Of a DNA stretch of 64,000 bases, positions 27,300 to 39,858 are shown piece by piece. The notes below the pieces were generated by a model that was not told the origin of the DNA, made no database searches, and saw nothing but the letters and a program-made list of their open reading frames with translations. Where the stretch lies: assembly GCF_038025025.1 (NCBI RefSeq), contig NW_027117347.1:62001-126000 (forward strand), given 5' to 3'. The stretch comes from Phyllosticta citribraziliensis (lineage: Eukaryota). Both the position numbers and the translations under genes were made by a program. Every line of letters begins with the position of its first letter. Position 1 is the stretch's first letter.

Positions 27300-28960
27300 C
27301 TTCGACCTCGCGCATCGTCATTTCGGGACCTTCAGCCTGACATGTGGTGTGTCGACGTTTCTTGACGTGCAAAGTCGATGTTTAGGGAACATGACGTCGG
27401 GGAATTGACTGGTTTCGCTTCGAGGGAGTAGTTTTCATGAGGTGGGGGAAAGATTTAAAAACATCGACAGACGCTGAGAAGACCTCCAGGTGTAGAAAAC
27501 GATGGAGGCGATGGATCAACCTGCGGCCAATCTGGTCGCCCAGTCGTTCCATGTCCGCCGCAAGGCCAGAGTGACACATTGGGCCGCGAACTCCAGTATG
27601 CCGCGCATCGAACATTGCCGAGGTACTCCAAAACCAGCTGTTTCTTGCCGCACCCAGTCGACTCCCAGTTCTACGGCGACTCGTCGCGAGGTGATCGGTA
27701 GGCGCAGGTAGTCATTGCGACGTCTGGCTATTGCGCAACGATGATGGCTGTCACGTTCCAACGCTTCTTGGAACATTCGAACCGTGTTGAACGGCGCACA
27801 TGCAAAACTGCCGTATCCGCGCTCCAGTATTCGGCCAAGGCTCGGACGGGAGCAGAGACGCCCTGGAGGATGCGTCACGCTGCGCTCATCGGGGATGTCG
27901 TCCTTGCGTCAAGGTTGGCTTTGCGGATAGCCCGGCGCTGCTCTACTTGGATTGTCAGAGGGCGGACCTGATGGTCGAAACGAAGACGAGTCTTCGTCGG
28001 AGGTAGGATCTCTGCAAACCACGTCAGCGATTTGAATCTGACTCCTGGCCATTCACGTCGTCTTGCTCCACCGCGCACAACACAGGGTGGGCTGGTATGG
28101 CGGCTTCCATTCTTTAGGACGAGGTGTAAGAGGTGATGTATCCAGGTCGTGCAGATCGGCCTCGGAAGCTGGTCCCACGTGTCCTTTCCGGCTTAGCCGA
28201 CAACCTCTTGCGGTCACCTCACCCACCATCAGTCTTTGGAGCGTCAACTGCTTGTCGGCGTCGAGTTCTGCGGCCCATTCGCAAGCCTTCCACGGTGTCG
28301 TCGCTTTGCTGCACCCTGTCCCTGCAATCTTGTCTCTTGGGGCCGGAGCAAGGGACGGTGCGCCAATGTCTTTGGATCTCGCGGAGGCGTCGGCGTCCAG
28401 GAGGCTCTTGTCGCTGCGCTCACGGAGGCTGCAGATGGACTCGCCGCCTCTGGACATCAAGAGGAACGATGCCAGACTCACTCTAGGCGCCACCGTGCGG
28501 CTCGTGTCATCCCTTGCTGCCCCTAGCGTTTCGCGCCACAAACTTCCAATTACCGTTAGCCGATCGACAAGGCCTCAGGAGAATCCAACAAGGTTGTTGG
28601 TCTTGAGGGTAGATGGTAGACTGGTCTGAGAATTAGTGGTAACACAGTGACAGACGACAAGTGAGGCGGGAGTGGGGCGGGGCGCATACCAGGACTGGAC
28701 GTTACTGGAGTGTGGATGCCAAGGAGTCTCGCTGCTGCTGATGAGCTGCAACATGGCGACAATTTTGGCCGTACAAGGAGATGGGAAACCAGGAACGTGC
28801 CAGACCGTCGCCACGGCACGTTGATGGTTGCTGGTCGAGTGCGTGGACGTCCGGATGTGCCCAAGAGGAGGCTAACAAGGTTGATGAGCAACAGTACGAG
28901 GAAACTTCCCCTAGCCGTGATCTGATGGTCCGAGCTGCCACCATGATCAGGTCAGTCTGC
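27300..28960 (-). pseudogene. Degenerate family E-like orphan gene
   Basis: Patchy protein-like fragments in shifting frames. Weak N-terminal match to RIPed 10.2-10.3 kb. Confidence 0.3.
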
Positions 28961-29478
28961 AGGAGGCCGGGCTGGTCACTCTCGAAGAGTAATGTTTAGA
29001 AGCTTGTCATCAAGGACACTTACACCACGCACGGTGATTGAGGTCCATGGGAAAAGGCGCTAGAGAGCATGCAGACCGGCAGAGAGGAGCGGAGTGAGGA
29101 GGGCTGTAATAGAGACAGAGTCAGCAAAGAAGTCAAGTAGGTCGGGAGACATGGAGGACACGGACGAGAAGGTTGATTGGAATGCCTTGCCTGAGTGGAT
29201 GTTCGGAACACGGAGGGCCGAAGCCGGGAGGGCGCGACTTCCCTCTTGACTTCGGCACCGCGCCCAACGCACACTGACCTTGAACTTCTTCACCTCTTCC
29301 CCATCCCGACCGCGTTTCGTCCTGGTTCGCCCACTCCGTCGACTCCATACGCTTCGACTGACCGTTTGACACAGTCGACCACCTAGCTGTCTGCCTGCCT
29401 TCCTCTCTGCCTCTCTATCTATCCGACACGTAAGTACTGAGCTGCCTTACACTCGCAAGTTTGACTGACTATTTTAGA

Positions 29479-29754
29479 ATGCCACCTCGCGACTTTAGCA
29501 GATTTGGGGCCATCATGGCCAACAACGCCTCCATCAATGCGTTTATGGAAAAGCACCGGGCCCGTAAAGCCGAGAACGGCGGCAGCAGCAACATCGCCAC
29601 CACCAAAGATGGCGCCAATTGCGAAGGCGCCGGTAGCCAGCCCGCTGCCACCACCACTACCAGGGACGCAGTGGTCCAAACGGACAGCAGCGACAGCAAC
29701 ACCAGCAAGGCGGTGGAGACGAAGGATGCCGGGTTGCAGACCGAGGGCGCATAG
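29479..29754 (+). CDS. Family G small disordered protein (91 aa) with DAVVQTD / DAGLQTE motifs
   Basis: Open ATG-TAG frame. Preceded by a canonical 48-nt 5'UTR intron (gtaagt 29430 ... ctgac ... tttag 29477). Paralogs at 39.0-39.4 and 47.6-47.8 kb. Confidence 0.7.
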   Translation: MPPRDFSRFGAIMANNASINAFMEKHRARKAENGGSSNIATTKDGANCEGAGSQPAATTTTRDAVVQTDSSDSNTSKAVETKDAGLQTEGA

Positions 29755-29778
29755 GGAGCTAGATAATTAGTCATTCCA

Positions 29779-30725
29779 ATGGAGAGTATCACAGATGGCC
29801 GGACAACCTGAGAGAGCATGAGATCCGTGAAGGCGACCTCAATGACACCAAGAGAACCGAGCGGTCCACAACGGCTTTATCAAGTCCAGAATGAGGCAGT
29901 CACTCCTGTCTGATGCCGACTACGAGGTGCGCGTCACCGCGGTGATTCGAGCCCTTGAGGAAGGCGAGAAAAAATCACCGAGCTCCAGGGTCAAGTCAGC
30001 GCCTTGACGGCGGACTGCGCCACCTACAAGCAACGGGGCGACCATACAAGCAGCAGCGGAATTCATACAGGCAGCAGGCCAACCATGGTCAGGCGCAAGA
30101 TTCCAGGATCGTTCTCGAAGAGCAATGGGTTGAGGGCATGATTTTGTGGTCGGGGATACTCGCAACGCCGTGCCGCAACAATGGCCTCCAGGTTGTGCTC
30201 TGATGGCCAATACCCGCATCCGCGACCTTGTTGCCGGCCTGTCCAAAAAGTCCACGTCCAGTGAAGAAAGCGGCATCACTTGAAGAAGGCCTGGTTCGCG
30301 GCGCCACAGCCGCAGTCGCGCGGACTCAAGCCGCCCTGACGGCGACTGAATCAATGACCACCAGTGAAGTGGACATCAGGGCCGATACGCACCGTGTTCC
30401 TAGTGCTCCAGAAAAGAGCCCATTCCACCTCTCCGCCACATCGTCACCGGCTTGGCTGCGACGTCCACCGCCAACAAGCAAAAGGCGGCGAATGAGGAGG
30501 CCCAGGTGCGCAATGCCGCAGCCGCAATCGTCCGGACTCGAAGCACCCTGGCCCACCATCGACAGACGTCAGTGCCACTTCGAAGCATTTTTGGATGCTT
30601 CAGAAAGGAGCTTCGGTCCGCCAATCCAAGACATCGTGAACGGCTTGGTCGAAAAGTTCACCTCCGATGCGGAACAAGCTCCTGCGCACGAGAAGGTCCA
30701 GGTCGCGGTGCCGCAGCCGCCATAA
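29779..30725 (+). pseudogene. Degenerate coiled-coil gene, possibly family C-related
   Basis: Helical fragments (YEVRVTAVIRALEEGEK, KITELQGQVSALT, LMANTRIRDL) are broken by frameshifts and stops. Confidence 0.4.
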
Positions 30726-30860
30726 CGAGGACTCGCGCATCCCTGAACAAAGGCCTATCCGCAGCGTCAACGTGCGAGACCAAAGCATTCAAGAGAGGCC
30801 GTGGTGCCATCATCCACCTCGGACCATCTCTCAAGGCCCTGCGGACCTACCAGAGCAAGT

Positions 30861-31630
30861 TCACGCTTCTCTCGGCTTCGTACAAGACCAGCATCCGACG
30901 CCGCGACTGGTCGGTGACATGCTCGGGTACAAGAGATCACTTGGCGCTGGGCTGATGCAGTCCACGAAATTCAGCCTCTCCAGGCTCCGACTGGAACAGG
31001 AGTTGCTGCTTCTCTCGTAAAAGCAGTCAATGTCAGGACCGATAGGAGCCGCATGGCAGAAAGCCTCGCCGTGGGAGGCCACGCGACGCCAAAACTTCCA
31101 GTCACCGCGGTCACATTCTCCAGGCTTCCTGGGGATGACTCCGTAGAGAGTGACAGGGCTCCCGTCATTGGACGGAGTTTCGTCCACGCTCCACGAGCCA
31201 TCCAAGCCAGCAAGGGCAGAAAGCTGCTTGAGGGGTCCATCAGAAGGCTCCCACGTCGCTAGACTTTCACACACGACGTACCCCAGGTCATCTCGGTCCA
31301 AAGTCTGCCCAAAGATGGGGAAGCCGTGTCGCCACAACCATCTGCTGGACCAGGATTCTCCTCCCAGCTTCAGCGTGGGTTACAAGCTGCGAGAGCCCGC
31401 AGAGAGCTCCATGAGAATGTGGAAAGGGCCTCCAAGCGCGAGGTCATGAAATTTGAAGTACGCCAGCTGCCTCTGGTCCGCGATGTCTCTGGATCAAACA
31501 TCACAACTTTGGAGGCTTCGTCCCAGACGGGATTCTCATCCCAGTTAAAGCGTTGCGTCCAAGCGAGCAGATCCCGCCAAGAGCTTCAAAACGTCGTGGA
31601 GAGGGCCCCTCAGCGCCCCATCATGAGTCG
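30861..31630 (-). pseudogene. Family D-like orphan with 177-bp-period internal duplication at its 5' end
   Basis: ORF 30861..31337 has globular composition including EAFCHAA. ggattctc...tcatga is duplicated at 31353-31449 and 31530-31626. Confidence 0.4.
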
Positions 31631-32147
31631 CGTAGTGGTGTCGGCGCCTCTCATTCCAGATTCACTGCCAGGATCCACCATGACATCTGTTCAGCCACCG
31701 GCAAGGGGCTGTCGGAACACTGGCCACCTATCATGACCACGTCCCGAAAAGCGCCGCGACTGCGTCACAGCACTGGGACTCCCTTGGTCTGGATGCAGCA
31801 GTGAATGAATGCTCCCTAAGCGCGACTGCGGCGGATGAATGCTCCCTAGGTGCACTCACATTGTTCTCAAAGCTTCGACACCACTGGCACCGTCCATGGA
31901 CAGAAGCAAAGGGAGCTCCAAGGCGCAGGCCGTTGTGCCCGACACCCGGAGATATTCAGCGCCATAATTCAGTGACCTGCACTTCAACACCCGGTCAAGC
32001 CTTGCTCGACAGCGTCCCTTTCTGGCGACATTAATGCCAACACTGCCGAGACTTGTGAGAGTCCTGGCCGACACAAACACGAAGAGGTCATTCTCTGCTC
32101 GATGAGATCTTCCGTGGCTGGCATCTCTTGCTCCATTTCCTCAATGG

Positions 32148-32890
32148 TCATGGAATTGGACTCGATTCTTTGACGCCTGCCGAGTCGAGGGACCGCGTCT
32201 TCGGCCCGCTGGTTTGCGGCGAGAAACTGACCTTGGTTCTTCTCCCTTTCCCTTTCAATCTCGGCACCTGATGTAGGACATGCTGAACCGCTGCGATGTA
32301 ACCGAGTCCGACGCGGTTGACGAAGACTTCGCCCAGCCCTGCTGTGGCTTCCAACACTTGTCAGGACGCTGCTTGATCCCGTAGTTGGAGTCCGGCAAGC
32401 TCACCCTGCAGATTGCCTCGAGCAAATTCATCAGAAAATTCGATTGCCGGTGGGAAGGTGTTGAAGATGTGAAGGGAGTCTTCTCGAATTTAGATCTGTG
32501 CCGTGTATCTTCAGTACCCCTCATCCAGTTTGCGGCTTGGAAGTCGGCCGTCTTGGATGGGTTATTGGCGTTATCGACCTTTTTAGTATACTTAGCGTCG
32601 GTGAGGTACTGCTCGAGCAGTGCCGTAATGTGTTGCATGTCGTTCGGCGGTGGACCGAAACCATCTTGGACTTGAGTTTCTCAAATCAGGGTCTGTGTGG
32701 TCTGCGGTGCCGAGGCCACGAAGAACGATTTGGGCCGAGAAGAAGGCAAGGCTGGCTCGGGACCGAGCTCGAGAGAACAAACGAATCTCAAACACCTGGA
32801 TGCGGAGACTGACAGGATTAAACAGGAGATGGACGTGTTCTCCGGAGAATGATTCAGCCAGGCGCTTTACCGCAAACCAAGATGAAACCC
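32148..32890 (-). pseudogene. Family A copy, frameshifted
   Basis: DGFGPP..LLEQYLTDAKYT and QSNFLMNLLEAIC...WKPQQGW are in one frame. EVFVNRVGLGY continues in another (ORF 32148..32357). Confidence 0.75.
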
Positions 32891-32944
32891 GGGGATGCTC
32901 ATGGCAAATGGCATCCGGAGCTCGACAACTTGGACACGGAACGC

Positions 32945-33450
32945 AATGAGCACCGTTTCAGCAAAGGAGCGATGATCGACGAGCGGTCCACGATATGAGC
33001 AGGCCGAAGAGGACGTCGTCAAGCCATGAATCCAAAACTCGGCTTGGCCACGACCGAAATCGCGGAACAGGTGGATGTCGACATTCTTGACAGCAGCCTG
33101 AACAAGCTACGGGGGATCCTCATCAAGGGAAAGCGAAGGGAACGATGAGCTGTGTGAGAGGAATTCTGAAAAGAGCGCTGTCATATCCTACAGGACGGTA
33201 AGGAATCAGCCGGCCGCTGCAAAGACGCCACTGAGAAACAACACGCTCCAGGTGAGAACCAAAGGCTTGTGGAGGTCGACAAGCTGAAGCAGGAAAAGAA
33301 GGACTTGTCGGCCCTGGAGAAAGCCAACGGAGAGATTCGGGCCAAGATGCAGAGCTTGAAGAAGAGAAGGGACAGTCTAAAGCTCTCCAGCACCGTGTTG
33401 AAAGACTGGAAGGTGAAGCCACAGCACTCGCCGACAAAGCGGAGCTGGAC
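32945..33450 (+). pseudogene. Family C N-terminal homolog, frameshifted coiled coil
   Basis: 33035-33110 KLGLATTEIAEQVDVDILDSSLNKL resembles de-RIPed FTLQTKDITDRVSTDILESMVSKM (7420-7351, -). It is followed by EVDKLKQEKKDLSALEKANGEIRAKM. Confidence 0.55.
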
Positions 33451-35149
33451 GCCCCATGTCACGCTCCAGAGTGACAAGAGAGGCTTAGCATCAAGCCACT
33501 CCAGCTCCGGCGGGACGAATCTTCCAAGGAAGCGAAACGCATCCTGGGCAATGGCAAGACCTAGAGACATGGTGCCTTCATTCCCCATTTACCCAGATCC
33601 AAGACTCGCAAGGTTCTCTCGAGTGAGTGGGTCCAGACCAGTCTTGTGGACATGCTTGTGCAGTCGGAAATGCGCGGCATATTGCAGTCTCGCGCCTCCA
33701 AGGAGGGCGTTCATACAGCACTGCGCTGGTAGACGACATGCAGATATAGCCTGGAAAACCGATGAGCGTCTTGGGAGGTCGAAACCGCGCAAAACTTTGC
33801 AATCAAGGAAAGGCAATGTCTGCAGAGTCGACTGCTTGGCAGCAAATGGGAAATGGAGGGAGCTTTCGAGGCTGTCAAAACCATTGCCGACGTCCACGCA
33901 GATCGTTGAAAGGAGTTCGGGAGCCAGGCGTTAGCCGGCTGGATGGCGTCGACGTGGTCACCAGGCATGTTTTCCTGTGTGGCATAGTGCGAATCGGTCT
34001 GAGCTTTCTGTCTGGCGAGCTGTGGTCACGTCGGCGTCAGCCATTTGCGATCCGGCCTTTCATTGCGTCCGATATTGCGTCTCCCTGACGGGTGAATCTT
34101 CGAGAAGGATGCCCTGAAGAGTGTCGAATTGTCGGCAGAACATATACCAGCGGGACCGTCTTGCCAAATAGCGAAAATGTTCAATGTGTTTGTCCTGGAA
34201 ATTGACCTCACCCCCATCCTTAGCCCTCCCCTCCTCATCCACGGTCAAGGCACCTTTTCGAAAGAGCCAGGGCAAGTCTTTGCGACACAGTACGGGCCGA
34301 GCGACTGGATGTAGATGGCTACTCCATGAGGATCCTATTCCTCACCAGTCTCTCCCCTGAGATCCGTAATCTCGTCAACCACATGGATTCCCACTAAGAG
34401 GACCTCATGCATCATGCGGGATTCTTGTACGGGCGAGACCCCACTCTCACGAGTCCCACCAACGCCTCGCCATCGCCTGCACGTTCGGTTTCGGCGTTGA
34501 AGGCTCGGCCGCCAACACGAACACTGCGCCAGTATCCCGACCAAGGCGCCCCGACCAAGGGCGACAGGAAGACCCAGGGCATCCCCGACGCGTGCACTAG
34601 CAGCAAGAGGGGTCGTTCGACCCACACTCATTCTCGCACGAGGTCTCCCACTCAGTCGTCATCAGACAGCTCAGATTCAAACACTGTCCGCAGGGGAAGC
34701 GCCTTGGGTCGTGGCCACTAGGAGTCGCGGAAATACCGGGGGGAAAGGTCGCCAAGGAGACCAAGGCCAAGGGTGACAAACTCCCCAAAAACCCGGTGGA
34801 CGCAATCACCGAAACGCAAAAGGCCATCATTGCAGCCGACAAGGGCAGAGAAACGACCTTGGCAGAGACTCCGCCGAAACCGAGGAGTACCAGGCATGGC
34901 GGAGAACTGCAAGATGCCCGAGGAAGCGGCGAAAAGGACCATGCGCGAGCAGGGAATCCTTCTTCTGAACACGTCTGGCAGCAAGCCGCGCGATGTGGGC
35001 ATTTGCGTTCTGGAGAAGGACATCTCAAAGGGTAGCCGCTATGTGCAGGGTTGGGATTTACCTGCAAAGCCTGTGTTGAATTCAAGACCAACGGCTCTGC
35101 CTCTCTGGAAGGACGGAAGATCGACAACATTGACCACCCAGACCATTGG

Positions 35150-35540
35150 CTCTAATTCGCAGAATGGCAACGATTGATGGGCAGGCGCTTCCCTGCATGT
35201 TGCAAGTCCAAGAATGATTGGGCGTGGGTTTCTCGAATCAGCGTCTTTGTCGTGTATCTTCGGTATTTTCGTCCAGCTTGCGGCTCAGAAGGCCTCTGAT
35301 GCCGAGGCGGCCACGAAGGACGAGTTGGAGACAGATGAGAACGATTGGGCAGGAGAACAAGTTGGTCTCGCGGCAAGGCTGACCGAGACCGCGCTCAAAG
35401 CCATGAACGAGGACCTCGAGAGGACAAACGAGGCTCAAAGACCTGGATGCGGAGACCGAGAAGATCAATCAGGAGATGGACGTGTTCTCCGGAGAATGAT
35501 CAGCCAGGCGCTTTACCGCAAACCAAGATGTTGACGTCGT
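35150..35540 (-). pseudogene. Family A 5' fragment (recent paralog of 32.7-32.9 kb)
   Basis: caggagatggacgtgttctccggagaatgat(t)cagccaggcgctttaccgcaaaccaagatg is shared at 32823-32884 and 35470-35530. QIVLRGLG resembles QLVLRGRLG. Confidence 0.65.
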
Positions 35541-36282
35541 GAAAGACAACCGGGTTCTGAGCAAAGGCGGAGTGATTGTCCTGAATCATGTCAGGACACT
35601 GCTGCTTGGGCCGAGACTCTACTTGTGGCAGCGTCAAGGGAACTTCAGGGTTCGAAGATTCGTCAGTGTCGTGCGTGTAGGGTGGAGGGAGAGCTGTGGT
35701 CTTAATTTGTAGAACTCGCAAGTGAAGAACGGGTGGTTCGCACTAAATAAAGAAAAAGAAGAAAAGGGAAGACGCAAATAGTGAAGAAGGTCGTAAACCA
35801 AGAAGGAAAGAAGGCCACCAATGCTTTTCTGCCAAGGGATGGTGCTATGGTAGTGATGTTGGGAATGGTCGCGATTTGTAAAGCAGGCGTGGATGGTGGT
35901 AAATGTTGCACGAGCGTAAAAAAAAAGGGGAAAAGGAAAAGAGAAAAAAAAAGACAAGAACCAAAGGTGTCGAAGAAAGGGTCGGAGAGAGTGGAGATAA
36001 GGTCGTGAAGGTCGGTAATTATGGGGCGCGGTGGGCTGGCTCGAAGTCCAGGTTGGGACAGGATCTCCAACCGCCTTCGCCGGTGAACAGGGCAAGGAAT
36101 GCGGGGTGTGGTGGCGCCGTGCGAGGGGCACGGGCAGGGACCTTGGACAAGATCATGGTTCCTGGGAACCGAACGCAGACTTCTACGTCAAGGTTAGCCA
36201 AGCCATCCGCGTAGGGACTGGGGAGTGGGAGTGGGAGTGGCACGTACTGAGGATGTCGGCGAAAAAATTGTCTTCCTCCTCC

Positions 36283-36816
36283 TCATGGGCTGGCTCCAGG
36301 GCCGCCGTACGAGCATGCTTGGGCAGCGGCTCGTCGACAGGTTCGTCTGCCTTGCGCTTGCACCCTGCAAGTGTCAGCTACTCGTTCATAAGTGAAGGCG
36401 CTCTGGCATGACTCACTCTGCTTGCTGCGACATTGTCCTTCTGACCGGCTCTTTGCCACCAACTGCTTCATCGTCCACCCCTCTGCAGCGCACAGGGCGC
36501 CGACTTGGTCGTCCAAGTCCTTCTTTGTGAGAAACTGGGCGCCAGACCTGTGGTACGTGGCTCGACCAGGTGCCCGGACGCGAGCCAAGAGAGCGGCGCG
36601 GTGGCGCTGAACGTCACCGTCCAAGATCATGAGCTTTCGAATCGCTCCAAGGCACTCGACACTCAAGTCCCATATCTCCATTGGAGTTCCCCTCTTGTTC
36701 CGTGGCGCAATGGCCCGGTGGATGATCTGGGCGATGTCTTGGTCGCCTGCCTTGGCATTGATGAGCTCAAGGTGGCTAAGCTTCTCTGCCTTGGTGGAGT
36801 TTGGCCATGGTGCCAT
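36283..36816 (-). CDS. Hypothetical helical orphan protein (177 aa, MAPWPNSTKAEKL...)
   Basis: Uninterrupted ORF from ATG 36816 with a plausible pyrimidine-rich leader. No family recognised. Confidence 0.5.
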   Translation of the reverse strand: MAPWPNSTKAEKLSHLELINAKAGDQDIAQIIHRAIAPRNKRGTPMEIWDLSVECLGAIRKLMILDGDVQRHRAALLARVRAPGRATYHRSGAQFLTKKDLDDQVGALCAAEGWTMKQLVAKSRSEGQCRSKQSESCQSAFTYERVADTCRVQAQGRRTCRRAAAQACSYGGPGASP

Positions 36817-37041
36817 CTCGAACTTGCTTGGTGGTGAAGTTGGGATGGCGAGGCGTAGATGATGAGCAGGCCGGATGATGGACGTAAGAGGGCAGGACGA
36901 GGAGGGAAGGACGACAGTGGTTGTCTGAGGTAATGAAGGACTACTTCCTACGCGCAGCAAAGTGGTACATGAATGCTCCTTGAGCGCAGGCGTAGCAGCG
37001 AAGGAATGCTCCTCAAGGGTAGTCAACGAGAAAGACGATAC

Positions 37042-38150
37042 CTAACGCGCTCGAATCGGCTCATCGGTCGTCGGAGGTCCCGAGGACATGGAGGCCGACA
37101 TGTCAACGGAGACGCGGGCCGGGCCTCCTCCTTGGTACGCCGCCTTCGCGACCATGACCCTGGCTACTGGGAGCAGCTCGAGGGCACGGTCCCACTCCTT
37201 GATCCGGTCGTTGGCGTCAGCAAGCTCAGGCAAGTGCTTCGTGACGGCGTTGCGGTGGCACGAAGGCCCTTGGCACGCTCAACCATCAGGTCTGACGCTG
37301 GCTTGACCAGGGCTGAACCCTGCGCCTCCTGAATGTCCGCGAAGGACCAATTCTTGACGCCCGCCGTGATCAGCCGGTCGAGCTCCTCCCAGGTCATTTC
37401 GGACCTCGTTGACCTTGTCCGAGAAGGCGTTCTCCTTGTCACGTAGGCCTTGATGCCCATCGCAAACTTCTTCAGCGCCGACTGCTCTCGTCGCCGATGG
37501 TCTTGAGGCTGGCGCGGGCGTCCTTCCAAAACGATGGCGGCGTTGGCGCGCTCACGGTTGCCGTGAATCTGTCGGGCAATGGGCTCGTGGACTGAAAGCG
37601 GATCTCCATCAGGAGCGCCTCCACGTTCTCGGCCAGCTGGATCTCGTCCCAGTCCTTGATCTTTTCCTGGTCATCGGCGTTCTGCTGGTTGACCTCGGTG
37701 TTGTGCGCCGTGACCTCAGGCGACAACGCGTCGTACGCGAGCATGCTATCCTTCGGGCCGCAACTTGGTCATTGGTCAGGGACGCAATGTCATCATACGC
37801 GTCGTTCATCTCGCCGAACAGGTGGACGAGGCTCGGAACAATGACAGGTGTTCCGGGTCGGCCGCTGTCTTGGAGGATTGACCAGACTTGCCGCCAGTCA
37901 TGGTGGACTGCGTGAGCTTGTTGCGGTGGCAACGTCGTCGTAGGTCTCGCTAACTCGCCAAGGAAGAGAACGAGGTTGGGGAACAGCGAGAGGTGCTCGG
38001 GATCAGACTCTGTTCACGGGGATTGCGTAGACTCGCAGGCTGATTTCCAGCCGCTGGGACTGGGCGGGGTGGTACGTCGTCGTATGTGTCCTTCATCTCG
38101 CCAGAGGAGAACGAGGTTGGGGAACGGCGAGAGGTGCGGGATCAGACACC
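37042..38150 (-). pseudogene. Frameshifted paralog of the 39859-40612 gene, with a triplicated 5' module
   Basis: HLFGEMNDAYDDI, LAYDALSPEV and ADANDRIKEWDRALELLPVAR..AKAAY match RLFGEITDAYEDL, LAFNALTPEI and AIANERIQDEWRRALKLLPAAR..AKAAY. Related ~78-bp modules lie at ~37790, 37932 and 38074. Confidence 0.8.
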
Positions 38151-38199
38151 GTCCTCAGGGATCGATTGGGCTCGCCGCCGGACCTGAGACAGGAGCGGC

Positions 38200-38450
38200 T
38201 ACGGGCTGTGTATAGGTCGTGCAGCGTGTCCGGAATTCTGGAATGGCTGGTCCCAAAGGCATTTCGAAAGACGTGGACGACGAGCCTGGGCAGAAGCAAG
38301 AGCGGCAGGACGACGACCTGCTTGCTCAAAACTGCGTATACGCTTCTTTCGAAGAACACGCGGCTAGTTGGCTTCGACTGGTCGAGGAAACATCCAGTGC
38401 TGCGGATTGACGTGGGCCACAAGACCCTGGCAAACGCCCTTTGTTAGAGC
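38200..38450 (+). pseudogene. Family F fragment
   Basis: TAYTLLSKNTRLVGFDWSRKHPVLRIDVG shares a short motif with the RIPed 16.9 and 17.3 kb repeats. Confidence 0.3.
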
Positions 38451-39012
38451 AGCAAATCGCCGATTCTGATATCCCAGACTCATGGTACAGTGGTGCGGTA
38501 TGCGGGAATGGTGAATCGACTTGCGGAGGGTCGTTCCGATTGCGGTTGGGGCAGATGGACACCTGCTAGAGAAAAGTTAGCGAATTGGAATTGCTTGAGG
38601 CTTTCAGAGAAGAACAATCGAGCGCGTCTTGCCGGAAGGCTGGCGAAACAGGTGTTGGTGGAGGCGCTTGGCGCAGTATTCGCTGCGCATGACGGAGGGG
38701 CCCAGAACGACAGGAGACTTTGCGGCGGCGAGCGCGGTAAACAGAGGGCAGCGTGCGTCGCGTCGCGTCTGCTTGGTTGGAGTGGAAAGTAGCGAGATGA
38801 AGAAGGCGGAAGAGCCTCTGGTACGCGGTCATCATGCAGCCTCCCGCTGTTGTGCCTCCACTGAAATCCCCTTCAATCTCCATCCTCGATCTTTGCCCCA
38901 TCAACATGCGTGAGCGCCCGCCGGTACGAGCAGACGTCAATCCAAGCCGACGAGTGGTTTCAACAACGCGATTGTGTTCCAGTAAGCCATAACTCAGCAG
39001 ATTCTTCCATTC

Positions 39013-39424
39013 TTAGTTATCATTGCCATCAGCCTTCTTCTCCTCCTTCTCTCCTCCCTCTCCGTCTCCAACCACCGGGAATGATGGTGGGTCGGGGGAG
39101 GGCGACCCGGCCCGAGGTGCAGAGATGGGCGTGGTGGTGGTGTCCTCTGTCTGGACGGCTGCGTCCCTGGTTGTGATGGTGTTGTTGTTGTCATCTGTCT
39201 GGACCGCTGCGTCCTTGGTGCTGCTGCTGCCGGGTTGCGCGCCCGCGGCGGCTTGGATACGCATCCTTTCACTAGTAATGTGTTAGTACAATGATGGGTA
39301 GATGGTTTCATACTTACAAAATCTTCTCCATACTCGCTAATCTCTTTCGACTATCTCGCACCACGCGATCACCTAACTCTTGCCCAAGGCGCTGTTCTTC
39401 ATGAAACTCCGCGTAATCTAGCAT
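39013..39424 (-). CDS. Family G spliced gene, 121 aa, two DAAVQT[DE] motifs
   Basis: Exon 39424-39318, intron 39317-39272 (GTAAGT..CTAAC..TAG, 46 nt) and exon 39271-39013 join in frame: MLDYAEF...MEKIF|ERMRIQ...TKDAAVQTD...TRDAAVQTE. There is also an intron acceptor (GCTAAC..TAG) just before AATG. Confidence 0.8.
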
Positions 39425-39858
39425 TCTATTCACATGTTAGCATAGGTACTCTCAACGGCATGATACGGTGTGGTACGCGATGGATGCAAACTGCGGACGA
39501 TGCAGAAGCAGGGACAGCGGCAGTGAAAAGGCGGAGCGGAGGGCGCGGCGAGGCGGGCGAGAGGTCGTGGTGAAATGCGAGAGGGAAAAGAAAGGAATTC
39601 GTGCGGGGCGGTCCTCATTTGAAGGTTTCGCTTGTGCAGGTGGCGAGTGTCGTGAGGAAGGAGCACCCACCCACTTCCTCGGGAAGGTCAACCTCCGCCG
39701 TGACGACACGCACGGCTACACAAATGGTCGAGATGAATACTGGAGTACGCATCACGTCTGTTGAAAGGATTGAGGTTGATTCGATTGTCTCTGGCAGACT
39801 TGCCTGCTCGTACAAAACGTCCCCTCACTCGCTCATCCTGCCCCCTCACAGCTCCTCC

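Noticed and set aside
35634..36131. Hydrophobic or Lys-rich ORFs over the A/G-rich tract
   Set aside because: Low-complexity purine tract, more likely the promoter/UTR of the minus-strand gene at 35.5 kb.
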